Shown here piece by piece: positions 9,423-20,364 of a DNA stretch of 64,000 bases. The position numbers and the translations under genes were made by a program. The notes beneath the pieces were generated by a model. It saw nothing but the letters and a program-made list of their open reading frames with translations. It ran no database searches and was not told the DNA's origin. How positions within the stretch are numbered: position 1 is the stretch's first letter; each line of letters opens with the position of its first letter. Source of the DNA: a bacterium (GTDB lineage Bacteria; SZUA-182; DTGQ01; JAFGSM01); NCBI GenBank assembly GCA_049472315.1, contig JBLIRN010000017.1, forward strand, positions 1 through 64,000, given 5' to 3'.

Positions 9423-9799
9423 TGATTTAAGACTCTTTCGATCTTGGCTATCAAGTCACCCATATGGGGGGTCTTTCTCACGTAGTCAACCACACCCAAA
9501 TTGCGGGCCAGCGTCTCGTCCTCGTTTTCCTTGACCGCGGTGCACATGATGATAGGGATGGCACGCGTTTCCTCTATGCTCCTCAGCTTAAGAACGGTGG
9601 CCAGGCCGTCCAGTTCGGGCATCATGACATCCATGACAATGATATCCGGGGACATCTTTTTTGCCTGCTCAATACATTCAAGTCCGTTTTTTGCCTGAGT
9701 AACACTGTATCTGTTGTCAGACAATATTCGCTTAAGCAAAAGGAGCATGTCCTCATCATCATCCACAACCAGAATCTTATTCTTTTTGCCGAAAAACAT
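9419..9799 (-). CDS. Single-domain response regulator (receiver)
   Basis: ILVVDDD, IVMDVMMP, IIMCTA, YVRKTP; 4-bp overlap with the downstream gene. Confidence 0.9.
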   Translation of the reverse strand: MFFGKKNKILVVDDDEDMLLLLKRILSDNRYSVTQAKNGLECIEQAKKMSPDIIVMDVMMPELDGLATVLKLRSIEETRAIPIIMCTAVKENEDETLARNLGVVDYVRKTPHMGDLIAKIERVLNQ

Positions 9800-10040
9800 G
9801 GTGTTCCTCTCTTCGTTTAAATTGTACGGGTATATATATCTATATCGTACATATTACCGTAAATATTTAGACGAAAAAGCGGTTCGACACAAGGCCTTCA
9901 CCGGCCCGGTGCGGGAAACAGGGGCCGGATACGTCCGTGATGCAGGGAGACAGGGTAAATGCACCGAGGAGAGGCAGGTATATTGTGTACGAATTCAATT
10001 GGACAGAGGTCAATCCTGCAATCCGGCGACCACAGGGGAA

Positions 10041-10997
10041 TCAATCATTAACCGGCGGCATCTGAGGCCTGTGCTGCTGCATCCAAAAGACATGCCGTAT
10101 GCGGGATTTCCATTTTTTCATTGCAAGGCCCCTCTTGAGGGCAGGCAGGCATTCACGCGCAGCCCGTTCCCCTGCCGTGATACAATCATCAATCCTTTTG
10201 AAATCCGCCCAATTGATGGACTCCACCGCCGGTCGTATGATGAAATCGCCACTGGCCAGGCGTCTTGATTTGAGGATGGATCGGGTGATGGCATCAGCCC
10301 GGCACACGATGTCCAGGGAGTTCATGTAGGATTTCGTACTTTCCAGGTCCGATCCCACATCCACACCGATCACATAGTCGGCGCCCATGGCATATGCATC
10401 CTCCATCGGTACCTCCCTGGTCCATCCTCCGTCGATGCATATTTTGCCGTCAATCCGGATGGGGGGCAATATGCCGGGGATCGCCGCACTCGCCATAACG
10501 GCCTGCCTTATGGAACCCTTTGTGATCAGGAGTTCTTCACAGGTATTGATATCGACGGCGGTTGCACCGAATGCCACCTTCGTGTTCGAGATGTCAATAT
10601 CATCAACGACATATCCGATATTTTTGGCGAAGGTTTCCTCCGAGATAAAGGAAAGCCTGGAGATTGCCATGCCATAGAATATCTTTTTTTTCATAAAATT
10701 AGAAAACCGGTAGAATATCCCCTCTCCCTCTGCGGACGTCTTTTCGGAATTGGACAGGAAATCGAATTTAGCCCTTTTGAATTCCTCGCTGCCCAGAAAA
10801 TCGCGGACGCGTCTCTCCAGGGACACGGCGTCGGGCTCGAGTGCGTACATGGCACCTATGAGCGCTCCCATGCTGCTTCCCACAATCATATCGGGAAGGA
10901 TTCCCTCCGACTCCAGGACCTTCAAAATACCGATGTGGGCCAATCCTCGTGCCGCACCTCCGCCGAGTGCAAGCCCCAATTTAAAATATCTGCTCAC
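10041..10997 (-). CDS. Patatin-like phospholipase (RssA/NTE family)
   Basis: GGGAARG, GSSMG nucleophile elbow, DGG; GTG start at 10997 after AGGAGG. Confidence 0.9.
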   Translation of the reverse strand: MSRYFKLGLALGGGAARGLAHIGILKVLESEGILPDMIVGSSMGALIGAMYALEPDAVSLERRVRDFLGSEEFKRAKFDFLSNSEKTSAEGEGIFYRFSNFMKKKIFYGMAISRLSFISEETFAKNIGYVVDDIDISNTKVAFGATAVDINTCEELLITKGSIRQAVMASAAIPGILPPIRIDGKICIDGGWTREVPMEDAYAMGADYVIGVDVGSDLESTKSYMNSLDIVCRADAITRSILKSRRLASGDFIIRPAVESINWADFKRIDDCITAGERAARECLPALKRGLAMKKWKSRIRHVFWMQQHRPQMPPVND

Positions 10998-11360
10998 CCT
11001 CTTTGCCTCCTGCAAGAGCCGTGGGGATTCATCTCCCTCGTATCAGGCATATCCCCTTCCTCGGGATAATAAAGCCGCTACCATTTATAACAAAAAACGT
11101 TGGAAATATAAATATCGGCCCGAAGGTCCACAATGAGAATTGCTGAAAATCGGCGGGGTGGGGCGTACAATCCGATATGGACAATAGGGCGAATGATCAT
11201 TATAATTCATCCTCATCTGCGTAATAAGGGAATTCTCGGCAATTCCAATTTTGCCATTGCATTGTGGTGCGTAGATATGGCTGTTCACGCTTGCGGCATA
11301 ACGATTCGACATTGGAATTGCCGGAGAATTACAGGAAACTGTGGAAGAACGTGAAGGGGA

Positions 11361-12464
11361 ATGCGTATGAAACGACGAAGGATCGGCATTCTTACCGGCG
11401 GAGGTGATTGCCCAGGGTTGAATGCGGTTATCCGCGGGGTGACCAAAACAGCCATCCTGGAATATGGCATGGATGTGGTGGGTTTTTTGGACGGCTTTTT
11501 GGGGCTCATGGAGAATCGTTATACCTTTCTGACATACGAAGACGTTTCGGACATCCTTACCCGGGGAGGGACCATCCTCGGCACCAACAACAAGGCGAAT
11601 CCGTTTCAGCATGTGGTGATAAGGAATGGCACAAGGAGCGTAGATGATGTCTCAGATGCGACCATGGGCCATTATCGCGATCTGGGCCTGGAGGCATTGA
11701 TCGCGGTGGGGGGCGACGGCACCATGACCATAGCGGGTATGCTGGCGGAGAAGGGGGCGGCAATCATCGGCATCCCGAAGACAATCGATAAGGATCTTGT
11801 GGAAACCGACACCACATTCGGTTTCGACACCGCCCGGCAGATTGCCACCGAGGGGATCGACCGGCTGCATACCACGGCCGAATCACATCATCGGGTCATG
11901 GTGGTGGAGGTGATGGGGAGGAATGCCGGCTGGCTGGCCCTGGAGGCGGGGATCGCGGGTGGGGGGGACATCATCCTCCTGCCTGAGCTACCCTACCACA
12001 TGGATGAAATCATCCGCGTGGTTCGAAAAAGGGCGGGAAAGGGCAAGCGGTTCAGCATTGTGGTGGCGTCCGAGGGTGCCCGGCCCGAGGGGGGATCGCC
12101 GGTCATTCAGAGGATCGTGGAAGACAGCCATGAGCAGGTTCGTCTGGGAGGGATAAGCCACTTTATCGCAGAAAAGATAGAAGACCTGACGAGTATCGAA
12201 TGCCGGGTGACCATCCTGGGACATCTGCAGCGGGGCGGCACCCCCAGTGCACTCGATCGGCTTCTCGCCACCCGATTTGCCGTCAAGGGTATGGAGTTGG
12301 CGGCTCAGGGGGATTACAACCGGATGGTTGCCTTGAAGGGTGATGACATCACGAGTGTTCCCATTGCCGAGGTTGTGGGAAGGCAGAGGCTGGTGCCCCC
12401 CGATTCCCCGGTCATCAAGGCAGGGCTCTCGGTGGGCACGAGCTTCGGGGTGCCGATGACATGA
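11361..12464 (+). CDS. pfkA: 6-phosphofructokinase
   Basis: TGGGDCPGLNA, GGTILGT, GGDGT, PKTID, VMGR, LGHLQRGG. Confidence 0.93.
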   Translation: MRMKRRRIGILTGGGDCPGLNAVIRGVTKTAILEYGMDVVGFLDGFLGLMENRYTFLTYEDVSDILTRGGTILGTNNKANPFQHVVIRNGTRSVDDVSDATMGHYRDLGLEALIAVGGDGTMTIAGMLAEKGAAIIGIPKTIDKDLVETDTTFGFDTARQIATEGIDRLHTTAESHHRVMVVEVMGRNAGWLALEAGIAGGGDIILLPELPYHMDEIIRVVRKRAGKGKRFSIVVASEGARPEGGSPVIQRIVEDSHEQVRLGGISHFIAEKIEDLTSIECRVTILGHLQRGGTPSALDRLLATRFAVKGMELAAQGDYNRMVALKGDDITSVPIAEVVGRQRLVPPDSPVIKAGLSVGTSFGVPMT

Positions 12465-12509
12465 GGGTCGGGCGGAATGTATGCCGCCCGGAGCGGAAGG
12501 GAGGCGATC

Positions 12510-12635
12510 ATGGCGGTAAAAAAGACAGGCGAACGATATCGCTGCAATGTGTGCGGGAATGAAGTGACCGTAACCAAGGTGGGCGGGGGCGAACTCGTCT
12601 GCTGCGGTGAGCCCATGGAGAAGATCGGGGAATAG
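12510..12635 (+). CDS. Desulforedoxin-like Fe(Cys)4 protein (41 aa)
   Basis: Manual translation [41 protein letters not shown]; CxxC...CC ligand pattern; RBS GGAGG; too short for the ORF track. Confidence 0.88.
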   Translation: MAVKKTGERYRCNVCGNEVTVTKVGGGELVCCGEPMEKIGE

Positions 12636-12663
12636 CGCAGAAGGGGACAGGCACAAGACGCGG

Positions 12664-14796
12664 ATGGAACACCATTTGGAGCACCGGACGCACAGAAAAC
12701 TATCGGCCGGGCAGGCGGACCCGCTCGGGGCTACCATCGGAGAGGATGGGGTCAATTTCGCCCTCTATTCCCGGAATGCCCGGGAGGTCTATCTCCTCCT
12801 CTTTGATCGTCCCGATAGAAATCCCACGGATATCATCAGGATGGAGCACAGGGACAATTTTGTGTGGCACGTATTCGTCCATGGAATCATGGCGGGCCAG
12901 CTCTACGGATATAAGGTCGCAGGTGAGTACGATCCCCCCGGGGGATTATGGTTCAACGAATACAAGCTCCTGATCGATCCCTATGCCAAGGCACTTACCC
13001 ACAAATTCACAAACAAGGACGGCCTTCTCTTCCCGTATGACGTGAACGCCCCTGATGACCTGACCATGGACACGAGGGACAATACACGGATCGTTCCCAA
13101 GGGTATCGTTATCGACGATGCCTTTGATTGGGGTGGGGACCCAAGGCCGGGCACCCCTCTGGAGAAGCTGCTCATATACGAGGTGCACGTTAAGGGATTT
13201 ACCGCCCATCCCTCCTCGAAGGTACGCCATCCGGGAACATATCAGGGATTCATCGAACGGATTCCCCATCTTAAGGATCTGGGCATCAATGCCGTGGAAT
13301 TCCTCCCGGTCCATGAATTCCACATTCGGGACGCCCTCATCGAGAAGGGATTGACCGAATATTGGGGATACAACAGCATCGGTTTTTTTGCACCGGAGGT
13401 GTCGTACGGCACCCGGAGGTCCCCCGGATGCCAGGTGGCGGAATTCAAGCGCCTGGTAAGGGAACTCCACAAGGCGGGCATCGAGGTCATTCTGGACGTG
13501 GTGTACAATCACACCGGCGAGGGTGACGCGCTCGGCCCCACCCTGTGTTTCAAGGGGATCGACAATCCGACCTACTATCTCCTCTCTGAAACGCACGGGA
13601 AGCCCTACCGGGAGTTTCTGGATGATGATACGGGGTGCGAAAACACGATGAATGTGGAAAACCCCCGGGTGTTGCGCCTCATCCTCGATTCCCTCCGCTA
13701 CTGGGTTCAGGAGATGCACGTTGACGGCTTTCGTTTTGATCTGGCATCGATTCTCGCGCGAGTGAAGGGGGCCTTCAGCAAGGATTCCGTGTTTTTCGAT
13801 GCCGTAGCACGGGATCCCCTCTTGAGCACGGTCAAGCTCATTGCCGAACCATGGGATCTCAAGACCTACCAGGTGGGGAATTTTCCTCCCCTGTGGTCGG
13901 AATGGAACGGAAGATTCAGGGATACGGTGCGGCGTTTCCTGCGGGGGGATGCAGGGCAGGTGAAGGACCTTGCCTGGCGTCTTACCGGATCGGCCGACCT
14001 GTATGAAAACAATGGGCGCTCCCCCCATAACAGCATCAATTACATTACCTGTCACGACGGCTTCACCCTGAACGACCTTTTCTCCTTTAACCAAAAGCAT
14101 AACCAGGCGAATGGCGAGGCAAACGGAGACGGGTCATCCGAAAACTACTCCTGGAATTGCGGCCATGAAGGCGCAACCAGGGATGCACAGATCATCAAGC
14201 TCAGGAAACAACTGGCGAAGAATGCCCTGTGCTGCGTGTTCTTTTCCCTGGGTACATCGATGCTCATGGGTGGGGATGAATTCCTGAGGACCCAGAAGGG
14301 GAACAACAATCCCTACTGCCAGGACAATGCCATAAGCTGGCTCGATTGGCGTCTTCTGAAAAAAAATGACGATGTGTATGCATTTTGTAAGAAGGCGATC
14401 GACTTTCGTAAACGGTATCCGGTGATAAACCGGAAACGTTTCTACTCGGGCAGGGACCATGACGCGGATGGGGTCCCGGACATCGAATGGTTTGGCGCGA
14501 ATCTGGAGCCCCCGCCGTGGGACGATCCCGGTTTGCGGTTCATATGCTATCAGCTTGACGGCAGCGAGCCGCCTACACCGATGGGAGACTACCACCTCTT
14601 TTTTATCCTGAATGCGGACCCCTCGCCCCGCTCCGTCCGGATACCGCTTCATGAGGGGATGCAATGGCATCGGGTCATCGATACCAGCCTTACCCCTGGA
14701 GAGGACTTCCTCCCGCCTGGAGAGGAAAAACTCCTCCCGTCTCAAGAATACTATACGGCCAGTCCACGAAGCGTGGTTGTTCTTCTGGGCCGATGA
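12664..14796 (+). CDS. glgX: Glycogen debranching enzyme (GH13)
   Basis: GVNFALYS, YWGYNSIGFFAP, VDGFRFDLA, IAEPWD, TCHDGFTL, GNNNPYCQDN. Confidence 0.95.
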   Translation: MEHHLEHRTHRKLSAGQADPLGATIGEDGVNFALYSRNAREVYLLLFDRPDRNPTDIIRMEHRDNFVWHVFVHGIMAGQLYGYKVAGEYDPPGGLWFNEYKLLIDPYAKALTHKFTNKDGLLFPYDVNAPDDLTMDTRDNTRIVPKGIVIDDAFDWGGDPRPGTPLEKLLIYEVHVKGFTAHPSSKVRHPGTYQGFIERIPHLKDLGINAVEFLPVHEFHIRDALIEKGLTEYWGYNSIGFFAPEVSYGTRRSPGCQVAEFKRLVRELHKAGIEVILDVVYNHTGEGDALGPTLCFKGIDNPTYYLLSETHGKPYREFLDDDTGCENTMNVENPRVLRLILDSLRYWVQEMHVDGFRFDLASILARVKGAFSKDSVFFDAVARDPLLSTVKLIAEPWDLKTYQVGNFPPLWSEWNGRFRDTVRRFLRGDAGQVKDLAWRLTGSADLYENNGRSPHNSINYITCHDGFTLNDLFSFNQKHNQANGEANGDGSSENYSWNCGHEGATRDAQIIKLRKQLAKNALCCVFFSLGTSMLMGGDEFLRTQKGNNNPYCQDNAISWLDWRLLKKNDDVYAFCKKAIDFRKRYPVINRKRFYSGRDHDADGVPDIEWFGANLEPPPWDDPGLRFICYQLDGSEPPTPMGDYHLFFILNADPSPRSVRIPLHEGMQWHRVIDTSLTPGEDFLPPGEEKLLPSQEYYTASPRSVVVLLGR

Positions 14797-16600
14797 TGAT
14801 GCGATAGCACCATCTTCGCGTACCGTTGGTAACGTCTGCAGGGGATTTCTGCAGCGCCTCGATCAGGGGCTTGTCACGCTCGTACACGTCATTGCTGAAA
14901 TGGATGGCACCGTCGCCGTCCACCCACGCCGTCCAGTAGAGAAGGTGCACGGGAACCGGCTCCGGCAATACCAGGGTATGCTCATTCCCCTTCTCAATGA
15001 TCTCGTTGATTCGCTCCCTGGTCCAGCGCTCATGTGTGCGAAGCACGAACTCTGCAAGATCGAGGGGATGTTCGATACGTATGCACCCGGAGCTGAACGT
15101 ACGCTCGCATCTTTTAAACAATTCCTTGGAGGGCGTATCGTGGATGTATACGTCATGCTTGTTGGGAAATATGAATTTTATCCGTCCCAGGGGGTTGTTG
15201 GGCCCCGGCTCCTGGCGCAGGGTGAACCTGTTGATGCTGTCGATGCCGGACCAGTCGATGGCGGATTGATCGATCTCTATAATCTTTGCCCCCTCCCTCT
15301 TGATCACCTTGATCTCCTTTTGGGCGAGAAAATCGGGATTCTTCCGTATTACGGGAAGCATGTCTTCGGTTGCAATGGTCGGCGGTACGTACCAGTATGG
15401 ATTGAATACCAGATAGGTCATTGTGTCGCTGAAGACCGGTGTGCGCCGGTATGGTTTTCCCACCACCACCCGCATGGTAAACTCCGTCCTGTCATTCTCG
15501 ACCGCACTCAATTCATACCCGGCGATATTGATGAGGATATACCGGTTGCCGAAATCCTGGGGGAGCCATCGGAAACGTTCCATGTTCAACTCGATCTGAC
15601 GAATACGCTCCTCGACCGGGACATTCATTGCTGCCAAGGTGTGTTCGTCAATGCATCCATTCGCCTCCAGACCGTGGCGTGCCTGAAATGTGCGAATCGC
15701 CTCCTCCAGGGAGCAGTCATACACATTTCTGCCATTTTGGGACTCGGGGTTGAGATCGCCGGTAAGAACGAGAAGGGTTCGTATTGATTTTATGAATCCT
15801 CCGAGGGTGACGGTGGGGCGTCTATGGGTTCCCTCGGCGTGTTTGTCATATTCCGCCTTTATCATCCGGGGATAGTCAGGGATTGAAGGCCATCCCCCCT
15901 GAGCGGCAATGCCCCGATAGCGGGTCAGTTGATCGCGCAATCTCATATACCCCGACTGCCTTGGAATGAGGTCCTGCAGTGTTTCTTCGATCCTGTGCGA
16001 ATCAAGTGCCTGCTGGAGATCATGGGCGAGGTCCCGCACCCTGTGCCGTGAATCCCATCCGGGATCTATCATTTCCGGATCGATGCGCCCGGCCAGGAGA
16101 TGTGCGCCGTAGGTCAAGAATGCCTGTGTGAGAAGAAGGTCAAGGTCCACCAGCCAACCCGGGTCGAACTGCCCCTCCATGCCGTGAAATTGTCGCATCA
16201 TTTCAAGGGTATGCTCAATTTTTGTAAGATGATAATCCTCGGGCCTGAGTCCCTCCTGTAAGGCATTGCCAATGGCCTTGATCATGATTTCCGCCTGCGG
16301 GAGGGGACCACTGGAATCACACCATGCAGGTTGATAGGAGCGTCGGTCGTAAAATATGGGGAGCATTATGGAGGCCGGAATGAGCTCTCCCTGAATGGAA
16401 AGATCCGGGGGGATGCCCGCAGCTTCTATCCTGTACCGCAGGCGTTCGATGATCTGGGATTGCACTGTCTGGGCATCGCAATTATGAGGAAGGCTGTATA
16501 CATATACACACAGAACCACCATGCTTATGATAATGAGAGATAGTGAGGTTACACTATTCCAGAATATATACCCTTTCTCTCTGTACCATTGTGCCGGCAT
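14690..16600 (-). CDS. L,D-transpeptidase (YcbB/LdtD type with scaffold and PG-binding domains)
   Basis: NMERFRW, NPYWYVP, PLGRIKFIFPN, YIHDTP, SSGCIR (His/Cys catalytic motif). Confidence 0.92.
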   Translation of the reverse strand: MPAQWYREKGYIFWNSVTSLSLIIISMVVLCVYVYSLPHNCDAQTVQSQIIERLRYRIEAAGIPPDLSIQGELIPASIMLPIFYDRRSYQPAWCDSSGPLPQAEIMIKAIGNALQEGLRPEDYHLTKIEHTLEMMRQFHGMEGQFDPGWLVDLDLLLTQAFLTYGAHLLAGRIDPEMIDPGWDSRHRVRDLAHDLQQALDSHRIEETLQDLIPRQSGYMRLRDQLTRYRGIAAQGGWPSIPDYPRMIKAEYDKHAEGTHRRPTVTLGGFIKSIRTLLVLTGDLNPESQNGRNVYDCSLEEAIRTFQARHGLEANGCIDEHTLAAMNVPVEERIRQIELNMERFRWLPQDFGNRYILINIAGYELSAVENDRTEFTMRVVVGKPYRRTPVFSDTMTYLVFNPYWYVPPTIATEDMLPVIRKNPDFLAQKEIKVIKREGAKIIEIDQSAIDWSGIDSINRFTLRQEPGPNNPLGRIKFIFPNKHDVYIHDTPSKELFKRCERTFSSGCIRIEHPLDLAEFVLRTHERWTRERINEIIEKGNEHTLVLPEPVPVHLLYWTAWVDGDGAIHFSNDVYERDKPLIEALQKSPADVTNGTRRWCYRIIIGPEEQPRFVDWPYSILETGGVFPLQAGGSPLQG

Positions 16601-17680
16601 AACTTCACCTTCTTTTGAAACTGCCCGTTTCAAATCAGCTAATGATGAAAAACACGTTGTTGTTAAAAAGGTTCTTTGGCATTATTGGAATCTGCTGCTC
16701 CGGACCTCCTGTTCATGTAAACAATTCCCTGTTAACTGCAGATGGATCATTTTTGTCATAATCTCTATGACACAGTAATTATTTTTATGGGATCGCGCCC
16801 CAAAACAATTTTTGGGTGCAATGAGCAAAGAACGATTTCCTGTGAACACGATGTGTTGTACTACCTCACTACGTTAATGCCATATGACAGAAACATATTG
16901 TTTTATATATAGTTATAACTATTCCTTCTGTTGCTGATTCTCAAAGGTATTTCCTGCTTCAGGGCACTACACTTTGTGAATCACTACCATGATCATCAAG
17001 GACTACTCCTCGAGGATGATTAAATCCTTTCTTAATGCAAAAATACTGCACATTCGTTTCCGTTATTTCCATTGGAACAACCGACACATAACGATGGAAC
17101 GATGTCGGAACCGGCAATTTAAATTTCAAACTGTCAGGCAAGGAATGTGAGCGGACATATCCGCTCGCAAAGACCGAATGCCAAGATTGGAATTGCCGGA
17201 TGCACAATGCAGTCGCATGTGGGGGAGGTGAATCAGTATCCACAATGAGGTGAGCCATGTGTTTCCAGACATTGGCGGCTCAGCGATCCCTCCAAGAAAG
17301 CAAAGATGTATCACGCCCTGCGAAATTACCGATAAGAATATAGGGGCGGGAATCCGGGGTGTCCTCCATGTACATGCGTATTGACATAATCGAGGTCTTC
17401 CCGAACAACGCCTTGGCAATAATTCCCGGTGCCCTGCAGGTATGTTTCCCGTGCCGGGAAAAATACGGTGATCAGTTCGTGATGATAGCGGTGAATATTC
17501 CGTCTATGGAGGGATAGTTGGGGTGATCCTTTTTCATGGAACCGATCGGATATATAATGTAGGGGATTTTTTACACCCTCATCAAACAATTCGTGCCGTA
17601 TGCCGCAGCCTCGGGAGGCACGGTTTTTGAGGAGGAACTGAAAGACACATCAAGAGGCATGTGGAAGATTTCATAACGGT

Positions 17681-18868
17681 ATGCTCAATCTGCTTACAAA
17701 TCTGACCTGGATGGATTTTGTTGATATTATGCTTATCACCTTTGTGGTGTATCAACTCTTCATCCTCTTTCATCGAACCAAAGGGTTCAGGATTCTGATC
17801 GGGCTTGCCTTTTTGGCCATTATTTACATTATGGTCAGGTCCTGGGGTCTCTTCCTCTCAACCTGGGTCTTCCAGGTCTTCTGGCAGGCCTTCATCATCC
17901 TGATCATCATTGTCTTTCAACCGGAGATACGGGAGGTCTTGGAAAAGGTGAATTTGTTGAATTTCCTCCAGGGGAAGAAGAACCATTCCTCCGATACCTC
18001 AAAGATCGAGGCGGTGAGCAGGGCGGTCTTTAGCATGGCGGAGCGACGAATCGGGGCGATCATCGTGTTCAAACAAAAAGACGATCTCAAGGACTTGATT
18101 CGCGGGAGCATTCAGTTTGATGGTGAAATCAGTGAGCCGATCCTGTTGAGCATCTTTCAGAAGTCCTCGTCCATCCACGACGGGGCCATCCTCATTGATG
18201 GCGGCAGGATAAAAACGGTGGCCGGGTATCTCCCCATGACAGAGAGGGAAAATCTGCCCAATCACTACGGATCACGGCATCGGGCATGCCTGGGGCTTTC
18301 GGAGAAGAGTGATGCATTCATCATCGTGGTCTCGGAGGAAACCGGCGACGTCTCGGTCGTACAGCATGAAAAGATTCGTAAGATCAAGGACATGAGGCTA
18401 TTGTATTCGCTTATTCAAGAACATTCCGCCCAGCGGCGGAAGGAGAAGGACTCGCTTATCAAGTCCTTTTTTTCAACGCTTTTTATCCAAGACTGGCCCA
18501 AAAAGGCGACTGCATTCTTGCTGGTCTTTGTCCTATGGGCATCCCTTGCCGGTCAACAGAATTACTCAGAGAATCTTTTGGTACCCATAGAGTATACACG
18601 GATTCCCACCACAATGGAGTTGGTATCTCCACCCAAGAGCGCAAAGATCTTCATCAAGGGTCTCAGGAAGCTGGTATCGTCGCTGAAGGCGGAAGACCTG
18701 CGTATCGAGTTGGACGTTTCCCTTTCACAGTGGGGACGTCGCACCTACTACATTTCAGAGGAGGAGATCAATCTCCCCGCAGGCATCCAACTGGAATATA
18801 TTGACCCTTCGGTGCTTCGATTGGACTTTCGCATAAAAAACGCCTCGGAGAAGGGCACCTCCGAGTAG
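17681..18868 (+). CDS. dacA: Membrane diadenylate cyclase (CdaA) fused to a YbbR/CdaR-like domain
   Basis: Three N-terminal TM helices, DGA (IHDGAIL) and RHR (GSRHRA) motifs, VSEETG; additional TM then YbbR-like beta domain. Confidence 0.9.
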   Translation: MLNLLTNLTWMDFVDIMLITFVVYQLFILFHRTKGFRILIGLAFLAIIYIMVRSWGLFLSTWVFQVFWQAFIILIIIVFQPEIREVLEKVNLLNFLQGKKNHSSDTSKIEAVSRAVFSMAERRIGAIIVFKQKDDLKDLIRGSIQFDGEISEPILLSIFQKSSSIHDGAILIDGGRIKTVAGYLPMTERENLPNHYGSRHRACLGLSEKSDAFIIVVSEETGDVSVVQHEKIRKIKDMRLLYSLIQEHSAQRRKEKDSLIKSFFSTLFIQDWPKKATAFLLVFVLWASLAGQQNYSENLLVPIEYTRIPTTMELVSPPKSAKIFIKGLRKLVSSLKAEDLRIELDVSLSQWGRRTYYISEEEINLPAGIQLEYIDPSVLRLDFRIKNASEKGTSE

Positions 18869-18951
18869 GGATATTCACTATCCTTCAGCGAAAGGGGAAT
18901 ACTGCCTCGCTGCAATGTGATGTAATGCATTCGTAATGGGGACCGGCAGGA

Positions 18952-20364
18952 ATGAGAATAATCATTTCACACCTTTTCACTATTATCGGCTTCGTGCTTG
19001 CCATTGTGCTCATCGCACGGCTGATGCGGGAGCGGCGGAGCCCCGGGAGCACTGTGGCATGGCTGCTGGCGATTGTGATGATCCCCCACGTCGGCATCCC
19101 CTTCTACCTGCTGTTCGGAGGAAGAAAGATCAAACGGATGATCGGCAAAAAGGATCACCTCTATTCCTCTGAACCGAGTCATACACGTCACATGGGAAAA
19201 CAAATCTCCAATACGGAGCGGATACTGGTGAGAAGCGGCGCTCCCCCGGCCATGGAGGGAAATCAAATCGAATTGCTCTCCAACGGGGTGCTCGCCTATT
19301 CCCGTTTGATGGAGTTGTTGGAAGGTGCCGGGGATTCGATCGACATCACCACCTTCATTCTCGGAAGGGACGATGTGGGCAGGGACATTGTGGATATTTT
19401 GACCAGGAAGGCACGGGAAGGAGTTGCCGTAAGGCTCATCCTTGATTCCCTGGGGTGTTTTCGCACCAGGGGCCGTTTTGTAGATCCCTTGAGGGATGCG
19501 GGGGGAAGGGTGGGGATATTCATGCCCATACTCCCCTTTCATAGAAAGTGGTCGGCCCATCTGCGTAACCACCGAAAGATTGTGATCGTGGATCGATGCA
19601 CCGCCATCGTGGGGGGAATGAATCTGGCCTCCGCATACCTGGGCCCCCGTTCCGACACGTCCCGGTGGTATGATTTTGACGTACTGGTAAAAGGTCCGTT
19701 GGTCTCCCCTATATGCGAGATTTTTAGGGCCGATTGGAGCTTCGCCACCGGAAACGGCAGTGCAGGGATCCCCCGGGATTCAATGTCATGCAACGATTGT
19801 CAAATCCCTGGTGGTGTGACTGCACAGGTTTCGGCGAGCGGGCCTGATGTACCCACCGATTCACTCTCCGATGCAATCCTGAGTGCCATTCTTGAGGCAC
19901 GAAGAAGGGTATGGATCATAACCCCCTACTTCATTCCCGATGAATCCCTCCTGAAATCACTCGGACTGCTCGCACAGTGGGGAAGGGACATCAGGATTAT
20001 CACCCCCGCCCGTTCAAACCATCTCCTGGCTGACCTGGCGCGCGGTTCCTATCTGCGAACACTTGCTGAGGCAGGGGCACGAATCGCCTTTTTTCAACCG
20101 GGCATGCTTCATTCAAAGATCATACTGATCGATCACTCCATTGCCGTTGTCGGCTCTGCAAATGTGGATCTTCGCAGCCTCTATTTCAATTATGAGATCT
20201 CCCTGTTTATCTATTCACCTTCCCAGGTGAGCGCCATCGAAAGGATCATTGCAAGCAGCATCCTTCCCCACACCAAGGAAATGGATTATGGGTCCCCTTC
20301 CTTCAAGCGGGGGATGAGGCGGTGGGTCGAGGATATAAGCAGGGTGCTGAGCCCATTTCTCTGA
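18952..20364 (+). CDS. cls: Cardiolipin synthase (PLD family)
   Basis: N-terminal TM pair; two HKD motifs (HRKIVIVD, HSKIILID). Confidence 0.9.
   Translation: MRIIISHLFTIIGFVLAIVLIARLMRERRSPGSTVAWLLAIVMIPHVGIPFYLLFGGRKIKRMIGKKDHLYSSEPSHTRHMGKQISNTERILVRSGAPPAMEGNQIELLSNGVLAYSRLMELLEGAGDSIDITTFILGRDDVGRDIVDILTRKAREGVAVRLILDSLGCFRTRGRFVDPLRDAGGRVGIFMPILPFHRKWSAHLRNHRKIVIVDRCTAIVGGMNLASAYLGPRSDTSRWYDFDVLVKGPLVSPICEIFRADWSFATGNGSAGIPRDSMSCNDCQIPGGVTAQVSASGPDVPTDSLSDAILSAILEARRRVWIITPYFIPDESLLKSLGLLAQWGRDIRIITPARSNHLLADLARGSYLRTLAEAGARIAFFQPGMLHSKIILIDHSIAVVGSANVDLRSLYFNYEISLFIYSPSQVSAIERIIASSILPHTKEMDYGSPSFKRGMRRWVEDISRVLSPFL

Noticed and set aside
16640..17680. c-di-AMP (ydaO) riboswitch or genes in the 1-kb gap between ldt and dacA
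   Set aside because: Conserved ydaO segments were not found by eye and the short ORFs have no recognisable motifs; an Infernal/Rfam scan would be decisive
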